A DNA stretch of 64,000 bases, taken from assembly GCA_902615845.1 (NCBI GenBank), contig CACMQS010000010.1, forward strand, positions 682 through 64,681. Direction: 5' to 3'. The DNA comes from an uncultured Alphaproteobacteria bacterium (GTDB taxonomy: Bacteria > Pseudomonadota > Alphaproteobacteria > HIMB59 > GCA-002718135). Below are positions 1 to 11,625 of this stretch, one piece after another. The stretch's first letter is position 1. The number at the start of each line of letters is the position of its first letter. The notes below the pieces were generated by a model. That model did no database searches. It was not told where the DNA came from and saw only the letters and a program-made list of their open reading frames with translations. Position numbers and translations under genes: made by a program.

Positions 1-1008
1 TTGAATTAACGTATGTTTATATAATTGATTGAGAATAATGTTTGAGTCTACATCTTTTTTTAATTCTATAACAACCCTAACACCGTTTCTATCTGACTCA
101 TCTCTTAAATCTGAAATTCCTTCAACAATTCCATTTTTTACAATTTCCGCAATCCTTTCTAATAATTTTGATTTATTAACCTGATAAGGTATTTCATGAA
201 GAATGATTGCTTCACGATCCTTTTTAAAATTTTCAATACTAGTCTTTGACCTAACTACACACCCTCCTCTTCCAGTTTCAAATGCTTCTGTTATGCCCTT
301 TTTACCAATTATTTGACCTCCTGTTGGAAAGTCAGGACCAAAAATATATTTTTGAAGGTCTGAGATATTACATTCTGGATTTTTAATAAGATATAAAGAT
401 GCGTCTATAACTTCTCCTAAGTTATGTGGGGCAATATTAGTTGCCATTCCAACAGCTATTCCTGATGCTCCATTAACTAAAAGATTTGGAAATTGGGATG
501 GCAAAACTGAGGGTTCTTTTGTTGTATCATCATAATTAGACTGAAACGCAACAGTGTTTTTATCAATATCTTCAACAAGCTTTTCAGATACTTTAGCAAG
601 TCTTGCTTCAGTATATCTCATTGCTGCAGGAGGATCGCCATCTAAAGATCCAAAATTCCCTTGACCATCAACTAACTCTAATCGCATAGAAAAATCTTGT
701 GCCATTCTAACCATAGAATTGTAAATAGCTGAGTCTCCGTGTGGATGATATTTACCCATTACATCACCAACTATTCTTGCTGATTTTTTGTATGGTTTAT
801 TAAAATTGTACCCTGATTCACTCATAGAGTACAATATTCTTCTATGAACTGGCTTTAAACCATCTCTACAGTCTGGAAGTGCCCTACTAACTATTACAGA
901 CATTGCATAATCCAGGTAGGATTTTTGCATTTCTTGCTCTAAACTTACTGAAGGGATATTAGTAGGTTTTTGATTGTCGTTATTTGATGTATCTATATCG
1001 TCAGGCAC
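1..1008 (-). CDS. gyrA: DNA gyrase subunit A, N-terminal part (runs off window start)
   Basis: Not in ORF track. Manual translation from GTG at 1008 gives MPDDIDTS...[21 protein letters not shown] and [11 protein letters not shown]. gyrA-ssb-uvrA is a typical alphaproteobacterial order. Confidence 0.96.
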   Translation of the reverse strand, partial: MPDDIDTSNNDNQKPTNIPSVSLEQEMQKSYLDYAMSVIVSRALPDCRDGLKPVHRRILYSMSESGYNFNKPYKKSARIVGDVMGKYHPHGDSAIYNSMVRMAQDFSMRLELVDGQGNFGSLDGDPPAAMRYTEARLAKVSEKLVEDIDKNTVAFQSNYDDTTKEPSVLPSQFPNLLVNGASGIAVGMATNIAPHNLGEVIDASLYLIKNPECNISDLQKYIFGPDFPTGGQIIGKKGITEAFETGRGGCVVRSKTSIENFKKDREAIILHEIPYQVNKSKLLERIAEIVKNGIVEGISDLRDESDRNGVRVVIELKKDVDSNIILNQLYKHTLIQ

Positions 1009-1150
1009 TAAAAAAATCCAAGTTTTCTAAGAAAAAATAAGAATTTTTTATATCAAAAAGCACAATTTAAACCAATATAAATAAATGGTTAAGTTATATT
1101 AAAAAAACTATATTTTTCAGTAATTAAATAATAATATCTAAAAAAAATAT

Positions 1151-1624
1151 TTAAAAAGGGATATCTTCATCTAAATCTTCAGAATCACCTGATTGATTTC
1201 CAAAAGAATTTTCCTCAATGGGCTTAGATTGATCCATTTCTTGAGAATTATCAGATACCTGAGAATTACTATTTCTACTGTCTAAGAGGGTTAAATTACA
1301 ATTATATCCCTGTAAAATGACCTCTGTGGTGTATCTATCATTTCCATCTTTATCTTGCCATTTCCTTGTTTGAAGCTCTCCTTCAACGTAAATTTTAGAT
1401 CCTTTTTTCACATATTTTTCTACTATATCAACTAAGCCATCTCCAAAAACAACAATGTTATGCCAAGATGTTTTTTCTTTCTGTTCTTGAGTATTTCTAT
1501 CTTTCCATCTTTTTGAAGTTGCAATTGAAAATGAAGCCATTTTAGCTCCAGACTGCATAGACCTAATTTCAGGATCTCTTCCTAAGTTTCCTAATAAAAT
1601 TGTTTTATTAACACTACCAACCAT
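1151..1624 (-). CDS. ssb: Single-stranded DNA-binding protein
   Basis: MVGSVNKTILLGNLGRDPE start and acidic DEDIPF C-terminal tip. ATG at 1624 preferred over the ORF-track start at 1645. Confidence 0.97.
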   Translation of the reverse strand: MVGSVNKTILLGNLGRDPEIRSMQSGAKMASFSIATSKRWKDRNTQEQKEKTSWHNIVVFGDGLVDIVEKYVKKGSKIYVEGELQTRKWQDKDGNDRYTTEVILQGYNCNLTLLDSRNSNSQVSDNSQEMDQSKPIEENSFGNQSGDSEDLDEDIPF

Positions 1625-1681
1625 AATAATTCTATATATATCCATATAACATATTAAAGTTATTAGATAACACTAATATTC

Positions 1682-4486
1682 ATGAATTTAGATAAAATTG
1701 TTATAAAAGGTGCAAGAGAGCACAATCTTAAAAATATCAACTTAGAAATACCAAAAAATAAACTTGTTGTAATTACAGGTGTAAGTGGCTCAGGAAAATC
1801 AACTTTAGCATTTGATACAATTTATTCTGAAGGACAAAGAAAATATGTTGAGAGTCTATCAGCATATGCAAGACAATTTCTTCAAATGATGAATAAGCCT
1901 GATGTAGATAGTATTGATGGTCTATCACCAGCTATTTCTATAGAACAAAAAACTACACAAAAAAATCCAAGAAGTACCGTAGGTACAGTCACAGAAATCT
2001 ACGATTACCTAAGAGTGCTATATGCTAGAGTTGGCGTTCCGTACTCTCCAGCAACAGGTAAACCAATTAAATCGCAATCAGTAAGTGAAATGACTGATCT
2101 TATAATTAAAAATAATATTGATAAAAGAATTTATATTTTATCTCCAATAGTTAGAGATCGAAAAGGTGAATATCGAAAAGAAATCGAAGATTTAAAAAAA
2201 AGAGGTTATCAACGTCTCAAAGTAGATAATGTTGTTTATGATATAGATGAAGTACCTTCACTTAAAAAGAATTTTAAACATAATATTGATGTTGTAATTG
2301 ATCGACTTGTTGTAAAAAAAAATATCCAACAAAGACTAAGTGAAAGTATAGAAGTTGCGTTAACTCTATCAGATGGTTTGTTATATTTAGAAAATCTAGA
2401 TACTAATAAATTATCTATATTTTCATCAAAATTTGCATGTCCCGTATCTGGATTTAGTATTGAAGAGATTGAACCTAGATTATTTAGTTTTAATGCACCG
2501 CAAGGTGCATGTTCTGAGTGTGATGGACTAGGAGTTGAAAAATATTTCGATGAATATAAAATTGTACCAGATGAGACTAGATCAATTTCTGATGGAGCTA
2601 TTAAACCCTGGGAAACTAAAGTATTTGGTTATCAAAAAAAATATTTTGTTGAAACAATAGATAAAATTTTAAAACAATTTAAAGTAAAGAAAAATGTTCC
2701 ATGGAGTCAAATTCCAAAAAAGGTAAAGAATATTATTCTTTATGGAGATGAAAATAGCGAATTAAATTTTTTATATGATTTTGAGGGAATAATAAACTTT
2801 ATTGATCGAAAATATGAAGAAACTGAGAGATGGTGGCTTCAATATGAATTAGAAAAATATTTATCTGAAAGAGACTGTGAAGTTTGCAATGGTTATCGTC
2901 TTAACGAGAAAGCTTTAGCTGTAAAAATAGATGAAAATCATATTGGAAATATTACTAAAAAATCAATTAGTGAGTGTTTAAGTTGGTTTTCATCTCTAGA
3001 GAATAAACTAGACAAAAATAATAAAAAAATTGCTGAAGGAGTAATTAAAGAAATTAAAGACCGATTAGTTTTTCTAAATAGAGTTGGTCTAGATTATCTT
3101 TCATTAGCAAGAGCTAGTAAAACTTTATCTGGGGGTGAAAGTCAAAGAATTAGATTGGCAAGTCAAATTGGCTCAGGTTTAACAGGAGTTTTATATGTTT
3201 TGGATGAACCATCTATTGGATTACATCAAAAAGATAATCAGCAACTAATTGAAACTTTATTTAGATTAAGAGATTTAGGAAATACTGTAATTGTTGTTGA
3301 ACATGATGAGGATGCAATAAGACAATCTGATCATATAATTGATATTGGTGTTAAAGCAGGAGTTAATGGAGGGCACATAATTGCAGAGGGAGGACTTAAA
3401 AAAATACTTAAAAATAATAAAAGTTTGACAGCAAAATATTTGAATAAATCCTTAGAAATAGAAGTTCCAAAAAATAGAAGAAAATTTAATAAAAATAAAG
3501 TTTTTAAGCTTAATAAAATAAAAACAAACAACTTAGATAATCTTAATATCACTTTACCTTTAGGAAATTTTATTACTGTTACAGGTGTATCTGGAAGTGG
3601 TAAATCTTCATTAATTATTGATACATTGTATCAAAGGTTAGATGAGTATTTCAATAAATCTTTAAATAAAGATGAAAGTCGTTTTAATTTTAAAGGTATT
3701 AATCATATCGATAAAGTAATTGATATTGATCAATCACCTATTGGAAGAACACCAAGATCAAACCCAGCAACATATACAGGATGTTTTACTCCGATAAGAG
3801 ATTGGTTTGCGAATTTAAATGAATCAAGTGCTAGAGGCTATAAACCAGGTCGTTTTTCATTTAATGTTAAAGGCGGTAGATGTGAATCATGTGAAGGTGA
3901 TGGGGTGAAAAAAATAGAAATGCATTTTTTAGCAGATGTCTATGTTGAGTGCGATATCTGTAAAGGTAAAAGGTACAATAGGGAGACTTTAGAAGTAAAA
4001 TATAAGGATAAATCTATTTCTGATGTTTTAGAAATGACTGTTGAAGAAGGTTATAAATTTTTCGATAAAATTCCTGCAATAAAACAAAAATTACAAACTT
4101 TAATGGATGTAGGATTAGATTATATAAAAATTGGTCAATCAGCTACTACTTTATCAGGTGGCGAAGCACAAAGAATAAAATTATCAAAAGAATTATCAAA
4201 AAGATCAACAGGAAAAACACTATATATTCTTGATGAACCAACTACCGGTCTTCATTTTGATGATGTAAAAAAATTACTTAAAATTCTTCATACTCTTGTT
4301 GATGAAGGTAATACTGTAATCGTTATTGAGCATAATCTTGATGTTATTAAAACAGCAGATCATATAATTGATCTGGGTCCTCTAGGAGGTGTAAATGGTG
4401 GTCAAATTGTTGGAACTGGTACCCCCGAAGATATTGCAAATAATAAAAAAAGCTTTACAGGTGAATTTTTAAAGAAAATTTTATAA
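1682..4486 (+). CDS. uvrA: Excinuclease ABC subunit A
   Basis: GAREHNLKN, two Walker A motifs (GVSGSGKS), two LSGGE signatures, Zn-finger cysteines. Confidence 0.98.
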   Translation: MNLDKIVIKGAREHNLKNINLEIPKNKLVVITGVSGSGKSTLAFDTIYSEGQRKYVESLSAYARQFLQMMNKPDVDSIDGLSPAISIEQKTTQKNPRSTVGTVTEIYDYLRVLYARVGVPYSPATGKPIKSQSVSEMTDLIIKNNIDKRIYILSPIVRDRKGEYRKEIEDLKKRGYQRLKVDNVVYDIDEVPSLKKNFKHNIDVVIDRLVVKKNIQQRLSESIEVALTLSDGLLYLENLDTNKLSIFSSKFACPVSGFSIEEIEPRLFSFNAPQGACSECDGLGVEKYFDEYKIVPDETRSISDGAIKPWETKVFGYQKKYFVETIDKILKQFKVKKNVPWSQIPKKVKNIILYGDENSELNFLYDFEGIINFIDRKYEETERWWLQYELEKYLSERDCEVCNGYRLNEKALAVKIDENHIGNITKKSISECLSWFSSLENKLDKNNKKIAEGVIKEIKDRLVFLNRVGLDYLSLARASKTLSGGESQRIRLASQIGSGLTGVLYVLDEPSIGLHQKDNQQLIETLFRLRDLGNTVIVVEHDEDAIRQSDHIIDIGVKAGVNGGHIIAEGGLKKILKNNKSLTAKYLNKSLEIEVPKNRRKFNKNKVFKLNKIKTNNLDNLNITLPLGNFITVTGVSGSGKSSLIIDTLYQRLDEYFNKSLNKDESRFNFKGINHIDKVIDIDQSPIGRTPRSNPATYTGCFTPIRDWFANLNESSARGYKPGRFSFNVKGGRCESCEGDGVKKIEMHFLADVYVECDICKGKRYNRETLEVKYKDKSISDVLEMTVEEGYKFFDKIPAIKQKLQTLMDVGLDYIKIGQSATTLSGGEAQRIKLSKELSKRSTGKTLYILDEPTTGLHFDDVKKLLKILHTLVDEGNTVIVIEHNLDVIKTADHIIDLGPLGGVNGGQIVGTGTPEDIANNKKSFTGEFLKKIL

Positions 4487-4501
4487 ATTAAAGGAAATAA
4501 A

Positions 4502-5098
4502 ATGATAAATCTAGAGTTACCAGATCTACCCTACAGTAAAGATGCTCTAATGCCGTATATGTCGGCAGAAACTTTAGAGTTGCATCATGATAAGCATCAT
4601 ATGGCTTACATTACTAATGGAAATAAGTTTATTAAAGAACAAAATATAGCAACCGATAACGTTAATGATATAGTTATCAACTCTTATCAAAAAAATGCTC
4701 CTGTATTTAATAATGTGGCACAACATATAAACCATGTTCATTTTTGGGAAGTAATGAAAAATAATCCAGATGGAAAAATTCCCTCTGAGCTCGAAAATAA
4801 GATAGTTTCAGATATTGGTTCAGTTGAAAAAATGAAAGAAGATTTTATAAATGCAGGCATTGGTCAATTTGGATCAGGTTGGTGTTGGTTAGTTATAAAT
4901 AATGGAAAATTAGAAATTACTAAAACACCAAATGGAGAAAACCCAATCGTACATGGTCAAACTCCTCTACTTGGATGTGATGTTTGGGAACACTCATATT
5001 ATGTTGATTATAGAAATAGAAGACCTGATTATTTAAAAGCTTTTATCGATAATTTAGTTAATTGGGAAAAAGTTACAGAAAACTTAAATAACGCTTAA
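4502..5098 (+). CDS. sodB: Superoxide dismutase, Fe-type
   Basis: HHDKHH, NNVAQHINH, FGSGW and DVWEHSYY motifs. The AQ pattern suggests Fe rather than Mn. Confidence 0.9.
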   Translation: MINLELPDLPYSKDALMPYMSAETLELHHDKHHMAYITNGNKFIKEQNIATDNVNDIVINSYQKNAPVFNNVAQHINHVHFWEVMKNNPDGKIPSELENKIVSDIGSVEKMKEDFINAGIGQFGSGWCWLVINNGKLEITKTPNGENPIVHGQTPLLGCDVWEHSYYVDYRNRRPDYLKAFIDNLVNWEKVTENLNNA

Positions 5099-5994
5099 TC
5101 ATCTTCATCTTGCGGTCTGAACTTAAAAATTAATAAAGTTGGGACCGCAATAAAAACAGATGAATAAGTACCAATTATTACACCTATAATCATTGTTAAA
5201 GCGAAAGGTCTAATAACCTCTCCTCCAAATATAAATAAAGAAACTAATGCAAGAAGCGTTGTTAAACTTGTCATTATAGTTCTCGATAAAGTGTTATTAA
5301 CTGACAAGTTAAATAAATCTACTAATTCGAGTTTTTTATATTTTCTTAAATTTTCACGAACTCTATCAAATATTACTACTGTATCGTTAATAGAATATCC
5401 AGCAATTGTAAGTATTGCTGCTATTGTTGCAAGAGAAAATTCTACATTAAGAATAGATAGCAATCCAAGAGTAAACAATACATCGTGAGTTAATGCAACA
5501 ACTGCGCCGAAACCAAATTGCCATTCAAAACGCAGCCAAATGTAAATTAAAATGGCAATTAGTGCAAAAGAAACAGCTTGAAATCCTCTAAACAGAAGTT
5601 CAGAACTAATTGTAGGACCAACAAATTCAGACCTTCTAAACTCAACAACCTTGTCTTGAATCAAATTTTTGACAGAATTAACTGTTTCAATACTTTCATG
5701 ATTACTTTTATTTTGAAGTCTTATTAAAATAATATTCTCATTACCAAATTCCTGTAAAGATACATCACTATAAGAAGAAGATAAAATTTCTCTTAGCTCA
5801 CCAATTGAAGTATTTTTTGTACTGACTTCAATTAAAGTACCTCCTTTAAAATCAATTCCAAGATTTAAACCCTTTATACTTAATAAGCCTATTGAGATTA
5901 ATATGGCTAAAATAGAAAAAATTAAAAAATTTCTTCTTAAACCTAAAAAATTAATATTAGGCTCAACGGGAATAATTTTATTTAAACCAAACAT
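5095..5994 (-). CDS. secF: Protein translocase subunit SecF
   Basis: GIDFKGG and GYSINDTVVIFDRVREN motifs. Follows secD. Confidence 0.97.
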   Translation of the reverse strand: MFGLNKIIPVEPNINFLGLRRNFLIFSILAILISIGLLSIKGLNLGIDFKGGTLIEVSTKNTSIGELREILSSSYSDVSLQEFGNENIILIRLQNKSNHESIETVNSVKNLIQDKVVEFRRSEFVGPTISSELLFRGFQAVSFALIAILIYIWLRFEWQFGFGAVVALTHDVLFTLGLLSILNVEFSLATIAAILTIAGYSINDTVVIFDRVRENLRKYKKLELVDLFNLSVNNTLSRTIMTSLTTLLALVSLFIFGGEVIRPFALTMIIGVIIGTYSSVFIAVPTLLIFKFRPQDEDD

Positions 5995-7544
5995 TATAGT
6001 TTTAATTCCTTTTTATTTGCAAATGATAAGTACATATACACTAAAAAATTTGTAAGCATTAAAGCAGTAAACATTGATGCTATCACACCCAGAGACAGTG
6101 TAATTGAAAAACCTCTAATTGGACCAGAGCCAAATGCAAATAATAAAACAGCAGCAATTAAAGTAGTAATATTGGCATCAAGTATAGTTGACATAGCTCT
6201 ATCGAAGCCATTTTTTACAATCTGAAAAACTTTTGTTTGTTTTAAACTCTCTTCTTTAATTCTTTCAAAAATTAGAACATTGGCGTCCACTGCCATTCCA
6301 ATCGTTAATACTATTCCAGCTATACCAGGCAATGTCAATGTTGCGCCAATTGTTCCTAATAATGAAATTATTATAAACAAATTTACTATTAACGAAACAT
6401 TAGCTAGAGCACCAAAAGTTCCATATATTAGTATCATAAATATACATACTAAAACCATACCAATAATAGCAGCTATTTGGCCAGCAGCTATAGAGTCTGC
6501 TCCTAAACCAGCCCCTACTGATCTTTCTTCAACTATTTCTAAAGGCGCTGGCAAGGCACCAGCTCTTAATAAAACAGCTAAATCAGATGCTTCCTGGGCA
6601 TTAAAATTTCCAGTTATTATCCCTGAGCCTCCTGTAATAGCACTGCTAATTCTTGGAGCCGTAATGACAACACCATCTAAAACAACAGCGAGATTTTTAC
6701 CAATATTGTTTGTTGTAACTTTACCAAATTTTTGAGCACCTTCTGTATCAAAACGGAATGACACTGCATGACCCTCTGTTTGATCAAATGAACCTTTGGC
6801 ATCAACTAAATTTTCTCCACCTACTACTGCTCTTTTATCTAATAAATATTTTGTATTTTCATCATACATGTCTGGAACAATAATTTTTCCAAAAGGAGCT
6901 AGATTGTTTTGAAGAGCAGATGTATTCTCATTATCAACGATGTGAAAAGTTAGTTTGGCTGTTTTACCTAATAAATCTTTTATTCTTTCAGGGTCTTTTA
7001 CTCCTGGTAATTGTAAAAGTATTCTCTTTTTACCTGATCTTTGGATTAAAGGTTCTTTGGTTCCAGATTCATCAATTCTTTTTCTAACAATTTCAAGTGA
7101 TTGTTTAATTGCTGAGTCTTGAATAATTTTTCTATATTCATCATTTAACTTTATACTGAGTTTATTGTTATTAATTTGTAAAGTAATTCCTCTGTACATT
7201 TGAAAAAAACTATCTCTAATATTTTTTATCTTCTCTTTATTACTAAAAAAAACAACAACCTCATTTTCTTGAATATTAATTTTTTCAATTTTTACAGCTT
7301 GATCTCTAGAAATCAAACGAACACTATCAACAAAATTATCTAATTCTTCTTTATATAAAACATCTAGTTGAACTTCTAATAATAAATATGATCCACCTTG
7401 TAAGTCTAAACCTAAATTAATCTTATTTTTTAAAAACCAATTTTCTGAACTTTCATCATAAATAATTGAAGGAATTGCAAAAATTATACCTAATAAGACT
7501 AATGATACTACTGTAAATGATTTCCAGATGGGATAATTTTTCAT
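5994..7544 (-). CDS. secD: Protein translocase subunit SecD
   Basis: LGLDLQGG and GMAVDANVLIFERIKEE motifs. Confidence 0.97.
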   Translation of the reverse strand: MKNYPIWKSFTVVSLVLLGIIFAIPSIIYDESSENWFLKNKINLGLDLQGGSYLLLEVQLDVLYKEELDNFVDSVRLISRDQAVKIEKINIQENEVVVFFSNKEKIKNIRDSFFQMYRGITLQINNNKLSIKLNDEYRKIIQDSAIKQSLEIVRKRIDESGTKEPLIQRSGKKRILLQLPGVKDPERIKDLLGKTAKLTFHIVDNENTSALQNNLAPFGKIIVPDMYDENTKYLLDKRAVVGGENLVDAKGSFDQTEGHAVSFRFDTEGAQKFGKVTTNNIGKNLAVVLDGVVITAPRISSAITGGSGIITGNFNAQEASDLAVLLRAGALPAPLEIVEERSVGAGLGADSIAAGQIAAIIGMVLVCIFMILIYGTFGALANVSLIVNLFIIISLLGTIGATLTLPGIAGIVLTIGMAVDANVLIFERIKEESLKQTKVFQIVKNGFDRAMSTILDANITTLIAAVLLFAFGSGPIRGFSITLSLGVIASMFTALMLTNFLVYMYLSFANKKELKL

Positions 7545-7556
7545 TAATAAAAAAAT

Positions 7557-7898
7557 TTATTTTTTTCTAGAAAATAAAGAGAAGCCAGATTTACTTTTAT
7601 TCTCTTCTTTTGGTGGTTCTTTTTTTTGAACTTCTGGCATTGCATATAAATCTGCAACCATTCCAGATGCAATTTTTATTTCAACATTTTCAGCAACTTC
7701 TAAGGTTAATTCTCTATTATCAGCTACTTTATTTATAGTTCCGATAATTCCACCTGAAGTTACTACTTTATCACCTCTTTTGAGATTGGATAGCATTTCT
7801 TTGTGCTGTTTAACTTTTCTTTGTTGTGGTCTAATTAATAAAAAATAAAAAACTACAAATATTAATATAAGGGGTAAAAATGTTCCAAATGCTTCCAT
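7557..7898 (-). CDS. yajC: Preprotein translocase subunit YajC
   Basis: FYFLLIRPQQ and GDKVVTSGGIIG motifs. Lies upstream of secD. Confidence 0.96.
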   Translation of the reverse strand: MEAFGTFLPLILIFVVFYFLLIRPQQRKVKQHKEMLSNLKRGDKVVTSGGIIGTINKVADNRELTLEVAENVEIKIASGMVADLYAMPEVQKKEPPKEENKSKSGFSLFSRKK

Positions 7899-7970
7899 AA
7901 TAATACCTATGATGATTTAATTTGAGAGATTTATTATACTGTGTAATAAGAAAAATCAAATAAAGTATTT

Positions 7971-8777
7971 ATGATGTTTTTAAGCAATTTTTTATCAAAT
8001 CTTACACTCTCAAGAGGAAAAGCATTTATTTGGGATAGTAAAATAAAAAACCTTAAAATAATCTCTAATTTTAGTTGTTTAGATCTTGATCTTTTAATCG
8101 GAATAGAAAGACAAAAGAAAACTATTTACGATAATACAAAAAATTTTGCTGAAGGAAATTTTACAAATAATGCCTTATTATGGGGATCAAGGGGTAATGG
8201 TAAAAGTTCATTAATTAAATCAGTTTTTTATGAAATAAATAGAAAAAATAAAAATTTAAAATTAATACAATTAAATAAAAATAATATTTTTGATATTGAA
8301 ATTATTTATGAAAAGTATGCAAATTTAAAGAATTATAATTTTATAATTTTTATTGATGATTTATCATTTGAAAAGATAGATAGTGATTACAAAATAATTA
8401 AATCTACTTTAGATGGCAGTATACAAAATCAACCTAAAAATATTGTTCTTTATGTAACTTCTAATAGAAGACATTTAATGCCAAGGGATATGATAGAAAA
8501 TGAAAGATCCTCTGCAATTCATACTGATGAAAGTGTTGAAGAAAAAATAAGTTTAAGTGATCGTTTTGGTTTATGGATTGGTTTTCACAATATTTCTAAA
8601 AATGAATTTGTTAAAATAATTTTTAAATATTGTGAAAAGTTTAATCTTCCCTTTAATGAAAATACTGAAAAGGAATCAATTAAATGGAGTTTGCAAAGAG
8701 GTAATAGGACAGGCAGATCAGCATGGCAATTTATTATTAATCATGCAGCTGAAAATAATAAAAAAATAGATTTTTAA
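7971..8777 (+). CDS. DUF815-family AAA+ ATPase
   Basis: Walker A GSRGNGKSS, Walker B IFIDDLSF, TSNRRHL, SLSDRFGLW. Confidence 0.85.
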   Translation: MMFLSNFLSNLTLSRGKAFIWDSKIKNLKIISNFSCLDLDLLIGIERQKKTIYDNTKNFAEGNFTNNALLWGSRGNGKSSLIKSVFYEINRKNKNLKLIQLNKNNIFDIEIIYEKYANLKNYNFIIFIDDLSFEKIDSDYKIIKSTLDGSIQNQPKNIVLYVTSNRRHLMPRDMIENERSSAIHTDESVEEKISLSDRFGLWIGFHNISKNEFVKIIFKYCEKFNLPFNENTEKESIKWSLQRGNRTGRSAWQFIINHAAENNKKIDF

Positions 8778-8778
8778 T

Positions 8779-9501
8779 TTACTCAAAATCAAAATTTATT
8801 TTTTCTAAACCTGATATACCATCCTTTAAGTGATAAATATTTGATTGATTTAGTTGTTCGACAAATCCATTAGCTAAAATTGAAGATATATCCCCATTTT
8901 GACTTATAAAAATAACTTTATCTCCTATTTGTACATTTTCTTTATACTTTTCAAAAAAATCAGGGAAAAAATTTCCATTTTTATCAAATGCTGTAATTTG
9001 AATAGCACCAGGTATTTTATTGGTATTATTTATTTCATCATCATTCCTAATATCTATAATTTTAAAGTCATCAGTCATTGCTAATTTTAACTGATAACCA
9101 TCTATTTCTTTATACCCAGGTGGAATTACCTTTATTACTTCAATATCAAAAATAAGATTTGATTTTGGTGGAATCAAACTGCCTGCACCAGTTTCACCAT
9201 AAGCTAACTGATATGGAATAAAGATTGTTCTTTTACCACCCTCTTTCATTCCAAGTAAACCAGTTTCCCAACCTAAGATAACTTTCCTTACACCAATTTG
9301 AAAATTAAAAAATTGCCCTCTATCATAAGAACTATCAAAAACAGTATTATCTTCCAGCTTGCCAATGTAATGAACAGATAATTTAGAATGATTTTTAACT
9401 TCTAAGCCACTACCGATAGACTCACTTAGTATTTTAACTTCATTAGAAAAAGATTTGAAACTAAAAATACAAATAAATATAATTAAAAAAAATTTATTCA
9501 T
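8779..9501 (-). CDS. Exported FKBP-type peptidyl-prolyl isomerase fused to a rhodanese-like domain
   Basis: Signal-peptide-like N-terminus. FKBP motifs VHYIGKL, FDSS, VILGWE, LAYG. C-terminal IIDIR...IPGA...HLKDG rhodanese pattern. Confidence 0.85.
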   Translation of the reverse strand: MNKFFLIIFICIFSFKSFSNEVKILSESIGSGLEVKNHSKLSVHYIGKLEDNTVFDSSYDRGQFFNFQIGVRKVILGWETGLLGMKEGGKRTIFIPYQLAYGETGAGSLIPPKSNLIFDIEVIKVIPPGYKEIDGYQLKLAMTDDFKIIDIRNDDEINNTNKIPGAIQITAFDKNGNFFPDFFEKYKENVQIGDKVIFISQNGDISSILANGFVEQLNQSNIYHLKDGISGLEKINFDFE

Positions 9502-10379
9502 TAATGTGCATCATTTAATTGTTTAATTTGTGAAGGTAATGAAACAATTCCACTTAAAACAATAAATAATGCTCCGATATAAGCATATAAATTCATATAT
9601 TCATTAAAGATAAATATTCCAACTAATAATGACCACAATACCTGGAGGTAAACCAAACTGAATACAGAAGCATAATGTTTTTGAGCAATTTTAAATGCAG
9701 TTGTTGCAAAAAACATAGCTGAATTAATAAATAATGCAGCAGTTAAAATTAAGAAAAAATCAAAAAGAGATACTCTTAATGGATTCATTAAAAATAAGGG
9801 TATTGAAACAAAGTGAACAAAAAAACCACCATACAAGAAATAACCAATATTTGTTGTTACATAACTGTATTTATTTACAATAAAAGTTGTAGCGGTAATT
9901 AACAATACTCCAATGAGGACAATTAAATAATAAATATTAAAACTTTCAAACCCTGGTTGAATTACAAACAAAACACCTAAAAAACCAATTAAAAGAGAAA
10001 TATAGGTTAAAACATTTAATTTTTCATTTAAGAAAAATATTGCAAATATTGTGCCCATTAAAGGTGCAGTCATATTTAAAGTTGTGAATTCAGGAAGTTT
10101 AATTTGTTCAAGTGTTATAAAAGCTATAAAGGGGAGAGGAATATTTAAAAAACCTCTAAAAATAGGTGGAAAATAATTAGTACATTTTACATGTTTTTTT
10201 AAAGTTCCATTAATTAAAAAATAAAATGGGAAACATAGAAAAACGGGTATTCCATAAAAAATGAAATGATAAAATTTTACATCTGTTTGAGATAGATAAT
10301 TTATTATAGCGTCATTTGTTACAAAAAATATTCCAGCAAAAAACAAAAGGATTGAAGAATAAATTATACTTTTTTTCAT
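9501..10379 (-). CDS. DMT/EamA family transporter
   Basis: About 10 hydrophobic segments, FLNEK and IFNE repeat motifs, VIQPG. Confidence 0.85.
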   Translation of the reverse strand: MKKSIIYSSILLFFAGIFFVTNDAIINYLSQTDVKFYHFIFYGIPVFLCFPFYFLINGTLKKHVKCTNYFPPIFRGFLNIPLPFIAFITLEQIKLPEFTTLNMTAPLMGTIFAIFFLNEKLNVLTYISLLIGFLGVLFVIQPGFESFNIYYLIVLIGVLLITATTFIVNKYSYVTTNIGYFLYGGFFVHFVSIPLFLMNPLRVSLFDFFLILTAALFINSAMFFATTAFKIAQKHYASVFSLVYLQVLWSLLVGIFIFNEYMNLYAYIGALFIVLSGIVSLPSQIKQLNDAH

Positions 10380-10398
10380 AAATTAATTTCAATAATAA

Positions 10399-11274
10399 TT
10401 ATAAATCCTTAAGTTGTTTTTTTTGAGCTTGAAGGGACAGAATTCCACTTAATACAATTAATACCGCTCCTATTAATGCAATAAAATTAAGATATTCATT
10501 AAAAAATATAATACCAATTAATAATGACCATAATATTTGTAAATAAAATAAGGCAAAAATTGATGAAAAATGATTTTTAGAATTTTGAAACGCATAGGTT
10601 ACAAGATAAACACCTATTAAAACAATTAAACCTGCAAATAATGAAATAAAAAATAATTGATAATTAATAAGTGGATCAAATATAAATAAAACTACAGAAA
10701 CCAAATTTATAGGTACTAATCCATATACAAAAAAACCTAAAGTTGTTGTAATATTTGAATATTTATTCGCTAAAAAACTCTGCAAGGCTAGAGTAAATGC
10801 ACCATAAATGGGAAATAAATAATAAAAACTGAAATATTGAAAACCTGGTTGTATAATAAATATAACACCAATAAATCCTAAAAAAATAGCAGTAGTTGTA
10901 AAATAATTTATTTTTTCTCCTAAAAATAAAATTGCTAGAATTGATCCTAAAATAGGTGAGATCATATTAAGAGTTGTCCATTCTGGTAATGTAATATTTT
11001 GTAAACTTATAAAAAGCATATACGGTAAAGGTAAAAATAAAAAACCTCTTAATATTAAAATTGAATAATTTGATGACCCTAAATAAGTTTTAATATTTCT
11101 AGTAAAGTATAAATATATAAATATTAAAATTAACCAAGGACTTCCAAAAAATACATGATGATAAAACTTAAATTCAATTTCTGTTAAATGATTTATTATT
11201 GCATCATGTATTACAAATAAATTTCCACCCAAAATTAATGACAAAGAACAATACAAAATTTTTTTATTAAACAT
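10399..11274 (-). CDS. DMT/EamA family transporter (paralogue of neighbour)
   Basis: Shares DAIIN, LPExTTLNM, IQPGF and YLQxLWSLL with 9501..10379. Confidence 0.85.
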   Translation of the reverse strand: MFNKKILYCSLSLILGGNLFVIHDAIINHLTEIEFKFYHHVFFGSPWLILIFIYLYFTRNIKTYLGSSNYSILILRGFLFLPLPYMLFISLQNITLPEWTTLNMISPILGSILAILFLGEKINYFTTTAIFLGFIGVIFIIQPGFQYFSFYYLFPIYGAFTLALQSFLANKYSNITTTLGFFVYGLVPINLVSVVLFIFDPLINYQLFFISLFAGLIVLIGVYLVTYAFQNSKNHFSSIFALFYLQILWSLLIGIIFFNEYLNFIALIGAVLIVLSGILSLQAQKKQLKDL

Positions 11275-11328
11275 TAATTACTATTTAGGGATTGTGTGAA
11301 TATAAAAAGTACTTATATTGATAGAGAG

Positions 11329-11625
11329 ATGAATACAAATGAAATAAAAACTTATCGTCTAATAATAAAAGGAAAAGTGCAAGGTGTTGGATTTAGGCAC
11401 TGGTTTAGTGATTTAGCAATTTCTTTAGGATTAAATGGATATGTACAAAACAAAGAAAGTAAAGATGAAGTAGAAGCTATTATTCAGGGAGATATGCAAA
11501 GTATTCTATCTATTACAGAGAAAGCGAAAGATGGTCCCTCACTTGCATTAGTTGAAGGAGTTATTCCTAGTAGCATTATAAGTAATGTTAAGTATTCTGG
11601 TTTTATAGTTAAATACGATACTTAA
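11329..11625 (+). CDS. acyP: Acylphosphatase
   Basis: GKVQGVGFR and GYVQN motifs. ATG at 11329 follows AGAGAG; ORF-track GTG is at 11296. Confidence 0.9.
   Translation: MNTNEIKTYRLIIKGKVQGVGFRHWFSDLAISLGLNGYVQNKESKDEVEAIIQGDMQSILSITEKAKDGPSLALVEGVIPSSIISNVKYSGFIVKYDT

Noticed and set aside
1625-1681. Possible LexA box between ssb and uvrA (TAAC-N8-GTTA inverted pair)
   Set aside because: Does not match the alphaproteobacterial GTTC-N7-GTTC consensus; 4-bp arms are expected by chance in AT-rich DNA.
3331-6735. Antisense ORFs 3331..3552, 5291..5488 and 6280..6735
   Set aside because: They lie opposite uvrA, secF and secD, have no motifs, and look like codon-bias shadows.
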